A DNA stretch of 64,000 nucleotides, taken from sequence record NZ_CP011600.1; one strand, written 5' to 3'. The notes under the pieces were generated by a model. That model worked only from the letters and a program-made list of their open reading frames with translations, was not told the origin of the DNA and searched no databases. The number at the start of each line of letters is the position of its first letter. Positions within the stretch are counted from its first letter, which is position 1. This DNA comes from a plasmid. The position numbers were made by a program, and so were the translations under genes. This document shows, in pieces, positions 28,870 through 39,138 of this stretch.

Positions 28870-29658
28870 TTAGTTACGGGGTTTGTCCTGTGAGTGTTGT
28901 CGGAGCAGGGAAACGGCATCACTTTCGGGCATAGAGAACTGGACGCGATGGCGGGCGGCGACATCAAGCGCAAACACCTTCGTGTAGACTTCCGTTGAGC
29001 TGATTGACTTGTGGCCCATCAGGCTCTGCAGCACCTTGAGTGGAATACCGGCGTACAGCATGTGCATGGCGTAGGAGTGACGAAACGTGTGCAGGGTCAC
29101 CGGTACCGAGAACGACACCCCGTCAGCCGCAGCGGCGTCAGTGGCTTCATTCAGCCACGTCCTCGCCGTCCGGTCGGTAATGTTCCAGAGGCGCGCCTTT
29201 TCGGTCCGGCCGGTGCGTTTGTTTTTGCGCTCGAGCGGAATTTTCAGGGTGGCCACCATCATCTCCAGCTGGCGGACATAGAGGTTATCTGACAGCGGGA
29301 CCAGACGGTGGGGCGTGGCACCGGCGGGCGTACGGCCGGCACTGCGGGCCGCTTTTTCTTCACGTTGTTTGAGGGTGGCCAACTGCACAAACGGATACGG
29401 TGATACCAGCGAAAAATCCCCCCGCGTCAGGGCCAGCGCTTCGTTGATACGTGCGCCGGTGTTCCACAGGGTGGCCAGTAACATCCTGCGGTGCAGATCC
29501 GGGACATAGTGGAGCAGGGCATTGATTTCCGGCGCCAGCAGGTATTTTGGCAGTTCATCCTGTACCAGAGCCATCTGGCGCAGTGCCAGTGCCGCCGGAT
29601 AATCGATGGCCACCGGCAGCTGCGCCGGTGCCGAACCGTAATTCACAAGCTGGGTCAT
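28870..29658 (-). CDS. tyrosine site-specific recombinase (phage integrase/Xer-like family)
   Basis: C-terminal catalytic region HTFRHSYAMHML...GH.SISSTEVY, with RHR-Y residues. Confidence 0.8.
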   Translation of the reverse strand: MTQLVNYGSAPAQLPVAIDYPAALALRQMALVQDELPKYLLAPEINALLHYVPDLHRRMLLATLWNTGARINEALALTRGDFSLVSPYPFVQLATLKQREEKAARSAGRTPAGATPHRLVPLSDNLYVRQLEMMVATLKIPLERKNKRTGRTEKARLWNITDRTARTWLNEATDAAAADGVSFSVPVTLHTFRHSYAMHMLYAGIPLKVLQSLMGHKSISSTEVYTKVFALDVAARHRVQFSMPESDAVSLLRQHSQDKPRN

Positions 29659-29682
29659 GTTATGTTCCTGTCGGAAGCGGAA

Positions 29683-30192
29683 TTATTCATCCAGGGACCA
29701 GGGGGACGGCAGAGCACACAGCGTGCTGAGTTCCTGAATGATACCGTCACACTCACCGACCAGTTTCTGGTATACGTCAGAGGCGGTTTCACGGTATTCG
29801 TGACCATCCGTATATTCTTCAAATACAGCATCCAGCCGCGCCTCGTGCTGAGTGCGCAGAAAAGCCAACCTGTGAATTCTCAGCTGCAGCACACCATCCA
29901 GGACAGTCCAGTCTCCCTTTACCCTGCTGAAATCCGGCGCCTTGGGCCGTGGCAGAATACCATCGTCCTTAACCGGGAAGCGTGAAAACTCATGACACTG
30001 CACCCGGAATCCTGCCAGGATTATCATCAGCTGGCTGCCGATGTATGCGCGCTCTGAAGCCAGCTTTTTATCTGCAGCCTTTTTTTCGCGTCTGGCGGCG
30101 AAATAATGTGAGAGAAACTGGCTGCCCAGCGCACCACCCATTCCAGCCAGTGCTGTAGCCACCGGCACCCACAACGGAACGACAGCGGTCAT
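29683..30192 (-). CDS. hypothetical protein with N-terminal TM helix (last gene of the five-gene operon)
   Basis: ORF track. Confidence 0.4.
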   Translation of the reverse strand: MTAVVPLWVPVATALAGMGGALGSQFLSHYFAARREKKAADKKLASERAYIGSQLMIILAGFRVQCHEFSRFPVKDDGILPRPKAPDFSRVKGDWTVLDGVLQLRIHRLAFLRTQHEARLDAVFEEYTDGHEYRETASDVYQKLVGECDGIIQELSTLCALPSPWSLDE

Positions 30193-30229
30193 GGCGTCCG
30201 CTCCGGTTCAGGCCGTAATCTGCTGTTGA

Positions 30230-30640
30230 TCACCATGACCTGCCGCCCGTGTTCTGATACAGCAGTGGCACCTCATCAGACATCATTACATGACGCGTGC
30301 TTTTTCCGTGAAAAATGCGGCGCATCATCGGTGTAAAATCTGCAGGCTCCCAGCCATAGGGCCACGTACAGTAAATCCCGTCCTTAAGCGTGTTATCCCG
30401 TCGCTCAGGGCCGGCAACGATGCGTCTGACCTCAAGGTTCAGCGCTTCACCGCGCAGGCCGTACTGCCCCAGGTAGCGGCGCAGCCGCGTTCGCGGCATC
30501 CGGGGGTCTGATTTTTCGCCGGCATTAACATCCGTAAACTGTGTGATGGTCATAATTCCCGCGCCAAACTTGCGCATGGTTCTTAAGGCGGCAGCCATAT
30601 CGTTCATTCCTGTCTCCGGTGAGTAATCGACTCTGTACAC
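30230..30640 (-). CDS. hypothetical protein
   Basis: ORF track. Tightly spaced with its neighbours. Confidence 0.4.
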   Translation of the reverse strand: MYRVDYSPETGMNDMAAALRTMRKFGAGIMTITQFTDVNAGEKSDPRMPRTRLRRYLGQYGLRGEALNLEVRRIVAGPERRDNTLKDGIYCTWPYGWEPADFTPMMRRIFHGKSTRHVMMSDEVPLLYQNTGGRSW

Positions 30641-30664
30641 CCTGTTACCTGGCGGCAGGGCGGG

Positions 30665-31156
30665 TCAGTAAATCCCGCCTTGACCGACAGCCTCAGCCAC
30701 GGTGTGCCTGTTTTGTTGCACGAACGCGTAAGTGCGCTCACGTACCCCGGTATCACAGAACCCCCAGGAAAGTGCAGCACCAATAATGTCGGCCGGAAGC
30801 GCCATGAAGAACGCCCTGATCTGCTCCGGGGTGGGTTCTTGTGCGACGCCAGACGCAACCAGCAGATCATGAAGCAGCTCCCGGTCGTGATGCCCCTCTG
30901 GTGTGTTGTGCCAGAAGGCTTCACGGACCGCATTCAGGCGCTGATCTTCGGCCCTGTCTTCCGCTTCCTGGCGCATCGTCTCCTGCTCCTGCTGTTCCTC
31001 TGTGGGTGTTGTCTGCTTAAGCAATTCTTCGCAGGAGATACCAGGTCGCCGTGCGGCTGCCTGCAGCAGGACACTCTTCCCCGGGCCGGATGGGCCGGGC
31101 ATCACCGTGTGCACAGGTATCGCCATCTCTGCGGCGGTAAATTTCGAACTGGTCAT
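30665..31156 (-). CDS. small P-loop (Walker A GPSGPGKS) protein of unknown function
   Basis: Walker A motif near the N-terminus. At 163 aa it is too short for a complete classical ATPase. Confidence 0.4.
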   Translation of the reverse strand: MTSSKFTAAEMAIPVHTVMPGPSGPGKSVLLQAAARRPGISCEELLKQTTPTEEQQEQETMRQEAEDRAEDQRLNAVREAFWHNTPEGHHDRELLHDLLVASGVAQEPTPEQIRAFFMALPADIIGAALSWGFCDTGVRERTYAFVQQNRHTVAEAVGQGGIY

Positions 31157-31292
31157 GGTTGCCTTCCTTCACTATTGTGACTGCGGATGCTGTCCGCTTT
31201 CTGTGACGATAAACGCGCCCGCCCTTGTTCCTTCGCCTGTTGAGAAATCCTGTCAGCACGGGTCAGCCAGAGCACGGAATGACGGTCAACCC

Positions 31293-31637
31293 TCAGCGTG
31301 GCCGGGGTGTTTTCGGCTTCTTTCTGTCCTCTGCCACACTGAGCTTTTCTTTATATTTGCGGATCCTTCCCCCCAGAGAAGAGAGGGAAGCCGGATGATT
31401 TAAGGTGTACCGAGGTTGTCCTGTACAGTGGATTTTCAGTAAGCCTTTACCCTCATCAATCCAGATAAAAAGGCAGCGCCCTATTTTTACCGGCTCCGGA
31501 CTGGCATCAAGCACTTTTTGCGCATCCTCGAGAGTAAACTCGTGAGGAAATTTCCCGGCATCAGCCGCGCGCAGGACATCCTGTGCGGTATGTTTCATTA
31601 TTTGCCCCTTAAAAAACGGATGGAATGTCGGATTCAT
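31293..31637 (-). CDS. hypothetical protein
   Basis: ORF track. Basic C-terminal tail. Confidence 0.35.
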   Translation of the reverse strand: MNPTFHPFFKGQIMKHTAQDVLRAADAGKFPHEFTLEDAQKVLDASPEPVKIGRCLFIWIDEGKGLLKIHCTGQPRYTLNHPASLSSLGGRIRKYKEKLSVAEDRKKPKTPRPR

Positions 31638-31655
31638 TGTTGTCTGGAAATCCCG

Positions 31656-32024
31656 TCAGCCGCTATAGCAGTCACCCCTGCATTCGTCCTCTGGTGAAAA
31701 CAAACCGTTATCATCAATATAAGGATGAACAAGCATTGTCATCCAGAACCATACATCCTTAAGGAACGCTTCAGAAACAGCGGTATCCTCATCTGGTTCA
31801 TCAATAATCAATCCCGTATCATGTTCGTGATAGAAGATTGTGTACTCCCATTCATCCGGATGACCGACTTGCATGGCGAGCGTTCTTCCTCCTGTTGAAC
31901 GAATCTCACTGCCTCGCCATTTGTCACAATGCGATAGTTCATCGAGATCTGTCTTAGTAGAAAACCAGAGTTCCTGATGAATCAGTTTCAATTCAAAAAT
32001 GACATGCTGAAAAGTGTGGCTCAC
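31656..32024 (-). CDS. hypothetical acidic protein (first gene of the five-gene operon)
   Basis: ORF track. Confidence 0.35.
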   Translation of the reverse strand: MSHTFQHVIFELKLIHQELWFSTKTDLDELSHCDKWRGSEIRSTGGRTLAMQVGHPDEWEYTIFYHEHDTGLIIDEPDEDTAVSEAFLKDVWFWMTMLVHPYIDDNGLFSPEDECRGDCYSG

Positions 32025-32885
32025 CTCGCCCCTCCAATACCCGATAGTAACCTGTCGCGATTATCACGTATTGATTAACCTGAAAGTTACAGCTGATAAT
32101 TTTCCATATATAAATCATTTCCATGGTGATAATACGCAGGCATATAACCACACCATTAAATTACGGGATGGCCGTTTCCGCCTGATCCGACTTTTACGCT
32201 GTCTGAGACTTTCCGGAAGTGTACCACGGCCAGGAAATAACCACATCGCTGTTTTCGGCACCTGCGCGCCGGATCACGGGGCAGGGGAGAAACACAACAT
32301 CTAGCGGTATCAGCAGATGTCGACAACGCTACATCTTGTGTGGCTGGAAAGCAACGCGCTGGCCAGTGCGGAAAGATCCGGGTCTGGCTTTTTTCGGATC
32401 CCGGATGACAAAACGCATGATATTTCCTGTAAATGCAATTATTCATAACATTTATATTCATATATGTTAAAAGTGCGAAATTAGCATCAGTTGTTGGTTA
32501 TTATTAAGATTTCAGCAACAAACCGTATCCCACCCGCTTCGTTAAAAAAACCGAAGGTCATCAGAAGCGCTCACTGATCGTTCCGGGCTGAGACGGTGGC
32601 AGCGTCACGGGTAATGTCTCTATTTTATTGGTCGTGAGGAAGGCCGGATAATGGCCAAACTAAGAAGCCATAGCATTGGGGGCAGCCTGCTGATCTGGTA
32701 TGATCGAGCAGAGGCTCATCTCAATGAGCAATCCCCGCAACAAATTTTTTCGGGGTGCAACAGACCCTTTAGTGTCCAGGCCTGAAAAAAAAGAAAGCAC
32801 GGTCTCTGAGAGACTACGGTCCTTACGCAACCATACCGGTTAGCAAGCTTTATATTTTCATTATGACTATCTGTATAACAGGGGA

Positions 32886-33800
32886 ATGAATGTGATTAAA
32901 AAAATATGCGAAGTGATTGATGGAGAGTATGTCTGTGACATTGATATCAGTGTGGAAGAATGGAAAACTTTATTAACAAATGATAAAGTTTTTGACACAA
33001 AAAGTATTGCAGCGTTAAAAAAATGGTTTATTGAGCCAAATCATTCCTGCACATGCTTCGATATTGGTAAGAAGTACGACCTGCACAGCATGAGTGCTAA
33101 TGGAGTCATAAACGGACTGGGTGGCAGAGTTCAAAAAGAACTTGGTAGATTCGAGGTTAAAGGTGTCGGAAATATCGCATCCGGTACAAAATTCATTACC
33201 GTAATGAAGAGTAAAGAAATCGGCGGAAAACCCAAAAGAAACTTATGGACAATTCGTGAGGAACTTGTTCAGGCAATTAACGAACTGGATTTTTTTGGTA
33301 CAACAGAAATGGCCAGCAGTGAGTATTACTCTGACGATGAGTTGATCAATGCCATAGAGAAAAGTAATATCTTTGACAACGTTCAGACGTTTGAATATAC
33401 AGGGGAAGCCAAACCAAAGAAAAATGCAATAGAAGTAAAAAATGGCCTCTCGTATCCCAGGAGTAAAGGCGTATCCCAAAATGCGCTGAATAAAGCAGGT
33501 TACAGATGTGAAGTCGATAGTGACCACCCAACATTCAGAAGGCGAAATTCATCCTTAAATTACACAGAACCTCATCACATTGTACCTATGTCCAGGCAAG
33601 ATGCTTTTGACACATCTCTTGATGTTGAAGAAAATATCATATCTCTGTGTTGCAATTGCCATAAACAAATTCACCTTGGTCAGGGTTATGAAGATATGCT
33701 GAAAGAAATATACACTGCGCGAAAAAGGTTATTAAAAAAAGTTGGTATTGATATATCACTGGAAAACTTGATTCTTTATTACAAAATGGAAAGTAAGTGA
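32886..33800 (+). CDS. McrA-like HNH endonuclease with an unknown ~200-aa N-terminal domain; candidate type IV restriction enzyme
   Basis: C-terminal region (YRCEVDSDHPTF...YTEPHHIVPMS...CCNCHKQIH) matches the E. coli McrA HNH region (ICENCGKNAPFY...YLEVHHVIPLS...LCPNCHRELH), and total length is similar. Very low GC. Confidence 0.6.
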   Translation: MNVIKKICEVIDGEYVCDIDISVEEWKTLLTNDKVFDTKSIAALKKWFIEPNHSCTCFDIGKKYDLHSMSANGVINGLGGRVQKELGRFEVKGVGNIASGTKFITVMKSKEIGGKPKRNLWTIREELVQAINELDFFGTTEMASSEYYSDDELINAIEKSNIFDNVQTFEYTGEAKPKKNAIEVKNGLSYPRSKGVSQNALNKAGYRCEVDSDHPTFRRRNSSLNYTEPHHIVPMSRQDAFDTSLDVEENIISLCCNCHKQIHLGQGYEDMLKEIYTARKRLLKKVGIDISLENLILYYKMESK

Positions 33801-34109
33801 GATTCAAACGAGAGTGATACCTTCGTTTTATTGGTCGGGATGAACAGCAGATGATGTTTCCGGCAAGTATCGGGGCCAGAAACTTTCTGTTAAAAAAGAG
33901 GTAAAAGTAGTCTTGAGCCCTGACTGCGAATTGCCATTGCGCATGACCAGAGAACAGGACGAACCCCTGCCAAACCCAGGCATGAGAAACGCTTTTAAAA
34001 CATAGACTTAATTAAAATCAGCAATTCCCATCGAAATAATAAGCAAGCAGAATTGGCTCAGGTGAATTTCACTCGGTGCAGTGCATGCGTTGGGGGTTTT
34101 AAAAGGAAA

Positions 34110-34135
34110 AACCCGAAATGAATCGGGTTTTGATT
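34110..34135 (+). terminator. Rho-independent terminator 3' of the HNH gene
   Basis: aacccgaaatgaatcgggtt hairpin followed by ttgatt. Confidence 0.35.
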
Positions 34136-34207
34136 AATTAACGATTAACAGGTTCCCGTGCCCGGGAACACTCTGACTGTACGCGCAATATATTATTTCC
34201 GCAATCA

Positions 34208-34558
34208 TTATTTTTGATTACCAAGCCATTTATTCATCTGCTCAATTTCACCTTTTTGAGCTTTAATGATGTCCTGCGCGAGCTTTCTCATTTCCGGATC
34301 TTTTCCGTATTTTAGCTCGGTCTCAGCCATTGCTATTGCCCCTTCATGGTGTGCTACCATGCCTTTCGCAAAAGCCTTGTCGGGATCGGAATCTTTTACA
34401 GCGGCCATCATTTTGTCATGCATACCTTTCATGCCGGACATATATTCCTGTGACGATGCCGATGAGGATATATCTGACATTTTCATTTCTGAATGTTCTG
34501 CGGAAATCGCTGGCAGGGATAACATCAGTATAACAAAAAGCGAATTTGTGATTTTCAT
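34208..34558 (-). CDS. DUF305-family periplasmic protein (conserved companion of sil/pco islands)
   Basis: Signal peptide, Met/His-rich region and HH motifs. Confidence 0.6.
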   Translation of the reverse strand: MKITNSLFVILMLSLPAISAEHSEMKMSDISSSASSQEYMSGMKGMHDKMMAAVKDSDPDKAFAKGMVAHHEGAIAMAETELKYGKDPEMRKLAQDIIKAQKGEIEQMNKWLGNQK

Positions 34559-34605
34559 ATAATAAACCCTTTCAGATGGTTACCGGATAAGTTTAGCTGA
34601 GTCAG

Positions 34606-34636
34606 ACAAAAAAGCCCCCTGAAGGGGGCAAAAAAT
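34606..34636 (-). terminator. Rho-independent terminator after silE (gccccctgaagggggc, then a T-run on the minus strand)
   Basis: Seen in sequence. Confidence 0.55.
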
Positions 34637-34703
34637 AACAACATATCCGTATAAGGGACAATCTACCAAGGAAAGGGTAACCGCACGGAAACTTCAGTTG
34701 TCA

Positions 34704-35135
34704 TCAGCCCGCATTGATCATGCGGCGGTGTGCATCAGCCATAGCCTGATGGGGGCCGGACTGACCGTTATTCGTAAATTCATGGGCAACAGCTGCTCTT
34801 TCATGTTCATTCATCGCCGCAAACGAAGTCGCCGGACGGGAAGCGTTAACGGTACCAGTTCCCATCATCTTCTGATGACTTTCCACCATTTTCTGATGCG
34901 CATCTGCCGATCCGTTCGTCATGGTTTCATGGGCAATAATGGCCTGTTCATGTTGATTCATACCGGTCATACTGGGGGCGGCCCCCTGAATTCCTACAGG
35001 AGCAGCAGCAGACTGCATCTGGTGAGCAGGAGCCTGTGCATTGTTGACGCGCTCATGGATATTCACGGTTTCCGTGGCCCACACTGACGAAATTAAGCCA
35101 AGACCTAACACAGATGCTAAGACGATATTTTTCAT
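34704..35135 (-). CDS. silE: SilE periplasmic silver-binding protein
   Basis: Signal peptide MKNIVLAS... and repeated HExxM/HQxM motifs. Trimmed from the track ORF to the MKNIV start. Confidence 0.85.
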   Translation of the reverse strand: MKNIVLASVLGLGLISSVWATETVNIHERVNNAQAPAHQMQSAAAPVGIQGAAPSMTGMNQHEQAIIAHETMTNGSADAHQKMVESHQKMMGTGTVNASRPATSFAAMNEHERAAVAHEFTNNGQSGPHQAMADAHRRMINAG

Positions 35136-35354
35136 GGTGACTCTCCAATAATTAATTAGTGATGTCCGGGAAATCATTATCTGAGTCTTCAGTTCCATAA
35201 TTGAAACATCTACTGCAGTGATTATTTCTCCGGGAGATGGCTCTCTGTTCATTACATGGCATAGTGCTACACCATGTAATGATTCTGTAGTCCATCCTTC
35301 CTGATAAGTTGCACTAATTATATCGAATGGCTTCTGTTTGCTGCATGACAGGCT

Positions 35355-35376
35355 AATGACATCTTTGTCATTTAAA
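35355..35376. promoter_or_regulatory. CusR/SilR-type copper box AATGACATCTTTGTCATTTAAA in the silE promoter
   Basis: Matches the AAAATGACAANNTTGTCATTTT consensus (established knowledge). Lies about 100 bp 5' of silE. Confidence 0.55.
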
Positions 35377-35385
35377 TCTTTATTC

Positions 35386-36861
35386 TCAGTACTGGGTTTC
35401 CGGAATCATTTTCTCCAGTCTGGGCACGGATAGGATAAAACGAGTTGAACGTACGTCCGATTCCACCTGCACTCTTCCGTGATGTGCTTCCACGATGGAC
35501 TTCACAATCGCAAGGCCGATGCCGCTGCCTTCTCCTTTTCGTTGTCTGGACGGATCTACCCGATAAAAACGGTCAAACAGCCTTGATAAATGCTCTTCAG
35601 GGATTGGTTTCCCCGGATTTTCAATCACAAGGTCAAAAAAGCTCTCCTGCTCTCTTATTGAGACGGTGATTGCCTGTCCCTCCGGGGTATAACGCAGGGC
35701 ATTGGATAACAGATTATTGATCGCCCTTCTGAACATTTGTGGATCTCCCTCAACCAGGCAGGGCATCCCGTTAAATTTGAGCGTGATATTGCGTTCTTCG
35801 GCCCAGGCTTCGAAAAACTCGAAGACTTTCATGACTTCCGCTCTGAGGTCAAACATGACCCTGTCAGGTATCAGCTGATTATTATCTGCCTGTGCCAGGA
35901 ACAGCATATCGCTGACCATTTTGGTCATCCGGTTATACTCTTCAAGACTGGAATAGAGGACATCCTCAAGTTCCCTCTGTGTTCGATCCTGACTCAGTGC
36001 GATTTCAGTCTGCGTCACCAGATTGGTGATGGGCGTTCTGATCTCATGCGCGATATCGGCAGAGAAATTGGCCTGGCGGGTAAAGACATCCTCAATCTTT
36101 CCAATCATATGATTGAACGAGATAACCAGTTGCTCCAGCTCAATGGGAACGCGTGTCGGTTCCAGTCGCGCATCAAGATTCTCGGAGGTGATGTTTTTAA
36201 TGGCATTGCTGACATTACGAAGGGGCAGGTGCCCCTGACGGACAGCGATTCGAATGATCAGAACAATCAACAGGCTTATCACGACGGCAATCGCAATCAG
36301 GTTCTTTTTCAGCGCATCGAGGTAATGGAGATGGAAATTAATGGATAGGCCAGTCAGCATGACATAGTTCTGCTGTTTGCCCTGAAATATCGCCTGACCA
36401 GAGGAGGCGATAATCCTGTATGTTTCCATCTTCATTTCGGACCCGGTATCCATCGGTCCCGCAGGATCCTCCACCGTCCAGAGAAAGACATCCCGTGCGC
36501 GGCTGTGCTCGCTAAAATCTGCTGAATTCACTGCCGGGCGTAGTGCCGCCCCCTGAGCTGAGCTAAAGAGCACTTCCCCCCTGGGATTGAGGAGCAAAAG
36601 GGCAACGTTGCGGTAGCTGGCAATTGATTCCTTTATTTTGCTTATTTTTTTATCATCCGGATCCACCGGGGACTGCAGTATACGGTTCAGTGTGGTGCTG
36701 ATTTGTTGAAGATCGCTGACGTCCTGCTCGGCAAAATGATTTTCAACAGAATGCAGCATAAACCAGGTGAAGGCGATAAAAGCCAGTATCGTGGACAGGC
36801 TGATAAAAAAGGTCAGCCGCAGAGCGAGTGAGAAAGGGCGTCTGGAAGGTTTGCTATGCAT
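35386..36861 (-). CDS. silS: SilS sensor histidine kinase (CusS family)
   Basis: Two TM helices, HAMP, H-box HEIRTP, and N/G-box. Confidence 0.9.
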   Translation of the reverse strand: MHSKPSRRPFSLALRLTFFISLSTILAFIAFTWFMLHSVENHFAEQDVSDLQQISTTLNRILQSPVDPDDKKISKIKESIASYRNVALLLLNPRGEVLFSSAQGAALRPAVNSADFSEHSRARDVFLWTVEDPAGPMDTGSEMKMETYRIIASSGQAIFQGKQQNYVMLTGLSINFHLHYLDALKKNLIAIAVVISLLIVLIIRIAVRQGHLPLRNVSNAIKNITSENLDARLEPTRVPIELEQLVISFNHMIGKIEDVFTRQANFSADIAHEIRTPITNLVTQTEIALSQDRTQRELEDVLYSSLEEYNRMTKMVSDMLFLAQADNNQLIPDRVMFDLRAEVMKVFEFFEAWAEERNITLKFNGMPCLVEGDPQMFRRAINNLLSNALRYTPEGQAITVSIREQESFFDLVIENPGKPIPEEHLSRLFDRFYRVDPSRQRKGEGSGIGLAIVKSIVEAHHGRVQVESDVRSTRFILSVPRLEKMIPETQY

Positions 36862-37534
36862 CCGGGACCTCCAGCATGTAGCCCACGCCCCGGACTGTCT
36901 GGATCAGCTTTGTCCCGTAATCGTTGTCTATTTTAGCGCGGAGTCGCTTTACTGCGACATCGATCGCATTAGTGTCGCTGTCAAAATTCATGTCCCAGAC
37001 CTGAGAGGCAATCAGGGAGCGGGGAAGAACCTCTCCCTGATGGCGAATGAAGAATTCCAGCAGGCTGAACTCTTTACTGGTGAGCACAATGCGGTTTCCG
37101 GCGCGACTGACTTTTCTGGATACGAGATCAATCGAGAGGTCAGCCACCCTAAACTGGCTTTCCGTGATCATCGTGTTTCCCCGCCTCAGAAGGGTTCTCA
37201 CCCGGGCGAGCAGTTCGGCAAACGCAAAGGGTTTAACCAGATAATCGTCCGCACCCAGTTCCAGTCCTTTGACCCTATGTTCGATCGTGCCGAGGGCTGT
37301 CAGCAGTAAGACCGGCATACCCTTTCCGGCAGTGCGCAGCATGCGGATGATATCCCAGCCGTTCACATCAGGTAGCATGATATCCAGAATGACTAAATCA
37401 TACTCGGCTGTCATGGCGAGATGATATCCGGTAAGACCATTATCAGCGTGATCCACTACGAACCCTGCCTCTGTAAGCCCTTTGCTGAGATATTCACCTG
37501 TTTTAATTTCGTCTTCGACGATCAATATTTTCAT
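36854..37534 (-). CDS. silR: SilR OmpR-family response regulator (CusR-like)
   Basis: Receiver domain with winged helix. Overlaps silS. Confidence 0.9.
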   Translation of the reverse strand: MKILIVEDEIKTGEYLSKGLTEAGFVVDHADNGLTGYHLAMTAEYDLVILDIMLPDVNGWDIIRMLRTAGKGMPVLLLTALGTIEHRVKGLELGADDYLVKPFAFAELLARVRTLLRRGNTMITESQFRVADLSIDLVSRKVSRAGNRIVLTSKEFSLLEFFIRHQGEVLPRSLIASQVWDMNFDSDTNAIDVAVKRLRAKIDNDYGTKLIQTVRGVGYMLEVPDA

Positions 37535-37601
37535 CTTGCTCCCCGGCTGGCTGCTAATGTCATTCTATTGCGCCCACGATCGTTATCAACGGATTACAGC
37601 A

Positions 37602-37621
37602 AAAATGACAACATTGTCATT
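37602..37621. promoter_or_regulatory. CusR/SilR box AAAATGACAACATTGTCATT in the divergent silR / silC intergenic region
   Basis: Near-perfect consensus palindrome. Confidence 0.6.
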
Positions 37622-37723
37622 ATCCTGTCACTCGGCAAACAGAGAGCGTTAGGTAAAGTACCCCTATCAATACTCTGGACTTCATTTGAACCATTTACCA
37701 GGTCTGCCTGGACGAGAAGCGTT

Positions 37724-39109
37724 ATGTTCAAATTAAAATTACTCAGCATTAGCACGATATTCATCCTGGCAGGCTGCGTGTCGCTTGCGCCTGAATATCA
37801 GCGGCCCGCAGCACCGGTACCCCAGCAGTTTTCACTGTCCCATAACAGCCTGACGCCAGCGGTAAATGGCTATCAGGATACGGGCTGGCGTAACTTTTTT
37901 GTCGATCCCCAGGTTACCCGGTTGATCGGTGAAGCTCTGACTAATAACCGTGATTTGAGAATGGCTGCCCTGAAGGTTGAAGAGGCCCGGGCCCAGTTCA
38001 ACGTCACGGATGCAGATCGTTATCCCCAACTGAATGCCTCATCCGGGATCACATACAGCGGTGGTCTGAAAGGTGACAAGCCGACCACACAGGAGTACGA
38101 CGCGGGTCTGGAGCTCAACTATGAGCTCGATTTTTTTGGCAAACTTAAGAACATGAGTGAGGCTGATCGCCAGAACTACTTTGCCAGCGAAGAAGCCCGT
38201 CGTGCCGTACACATCCTGCTGGTCTCCAACGTTTCACAGAGCTATTTCAGCCAGCAACTGGCGTACGAACAACTCCGTATTGCGCGGAAAACGCTGAAAA
38301 ATTATGAACAGTCTTATGCATTCGTTGAGCAACAACTGGTGACCGGGAGTACGAACGTTCTGGCGCTTGAACAGGCCAGGGGGCAAATCGAAAGTACCCG
38401 CGCCGAAATAGCCAAACGAGAAGGCGATCTGGCTCAGGCAAACAATGCCCTGCAACTGGTGCTGGGAACGTACCGCGCAGTTCCGTCAGAAAAAGGGATG
38501 AAAGGTGGTGAAATCGCGCCAGTAAAACTGCCCCCAAACCTGTCGTCACAAATTTTGCTGCAGCGCCCGGATATCATGGAAGCGGAATATCAGCTTAAAG
38601 CGGCTGATGCCAGTATTGGCGCAGCGCGAGCGGCCTTTTTCCCGTCCATTACCCTGACCAGTGGCCTTTCCGCAAGCAGTACGGAGTTGTCCAGCCTCTT
38701 TACGTCAGGAAGCGGAATGTGGAATTTTATCCCTAAAATTGAAATTCCTATTTTTAATGCCGGCCGGAACAAAGCCAATCTGAAACTGGCTGAAATTCGC
38801 CAGCAACAGTCGGTGGTTAATTACGAACAAAAAATTCAGTCGGCCTTTAAGGATGTTTCCAACACGCTTGCGCTGCGCGATAGTCTTAGCCAGCAACTCG
38901 AGGCACAGCAGCGTTATCTTGATTCACTCCAGATAACCCTCCAGCGAGCCCGGGGATTATATTCAAGTGGTGCAGTCAGCTACATAGAAGTGCTGGATGC
39001 AGAACGCTCCCTGTTCACTACGCAGCAAGCCATTCTCGACCTTACCTATTCCCGACAGGTTAACGAAATTAATCTGTTCACCGCACTGGGTGGCGGTTGG
39101 GTAGAGTAA
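37724..39109 (+). CDS. silC: SilC outer-membrane factor lipoprotein (CusC-like)
   Basis: Lipobox LAGC and OMF repeats. Start trimmed to MFKLKLL. Confidence 0.9.
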   Translation: MFKLKLLSISTIFILAGCVSLAPEYQRPAAPVPQQFSLSHNSLTPAVNGYQDTGWRNFFVDPQVTRLIGEALTNNRDLRMAALKVEEARAQFNVTDADRYPQLNASSGITYSGGLKGDKPTTQEYDAGLELNYELDFFGKLKNMSEADRQNYFASEEARRAVHILLVSNVSQSYFSQQLAYEQLRIARKTLKNYEQSYAFVEQQLVTGSTNVLALEQARGQIESTRAEIAKREGDLAQANNALQLVLGTYRAVPSEKGMKGGEIAPVKLPPNLSSQILLQRPDIMEAEYQLKAADASIGAARAAFFPSITLTSGLSASSTELSSLFTSGSGMWNFIPKIEIPIFNAGRNKANLKLAEIRQQQSVVNYEQKIQSAFKDVSNTLALRDSLSQQLEAQQRYLDSLQITLQRARGLYSSGAVSYIEVLDAERSLFTTQQAILDLTYSRQVNEINLFTALGGGWVE

Positions 39110-39138
39110 ATTATATTCAACATATCAGGAAATTAAAA

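Noticed and set aside
30665-31156. Zeta-toxin or AAA+ ATPase assignment for the P-loop protein
   Set aside because: Only a Walker A motif is visible. There is no Walker B, arginine finger or sufficient length, so no family call was made.
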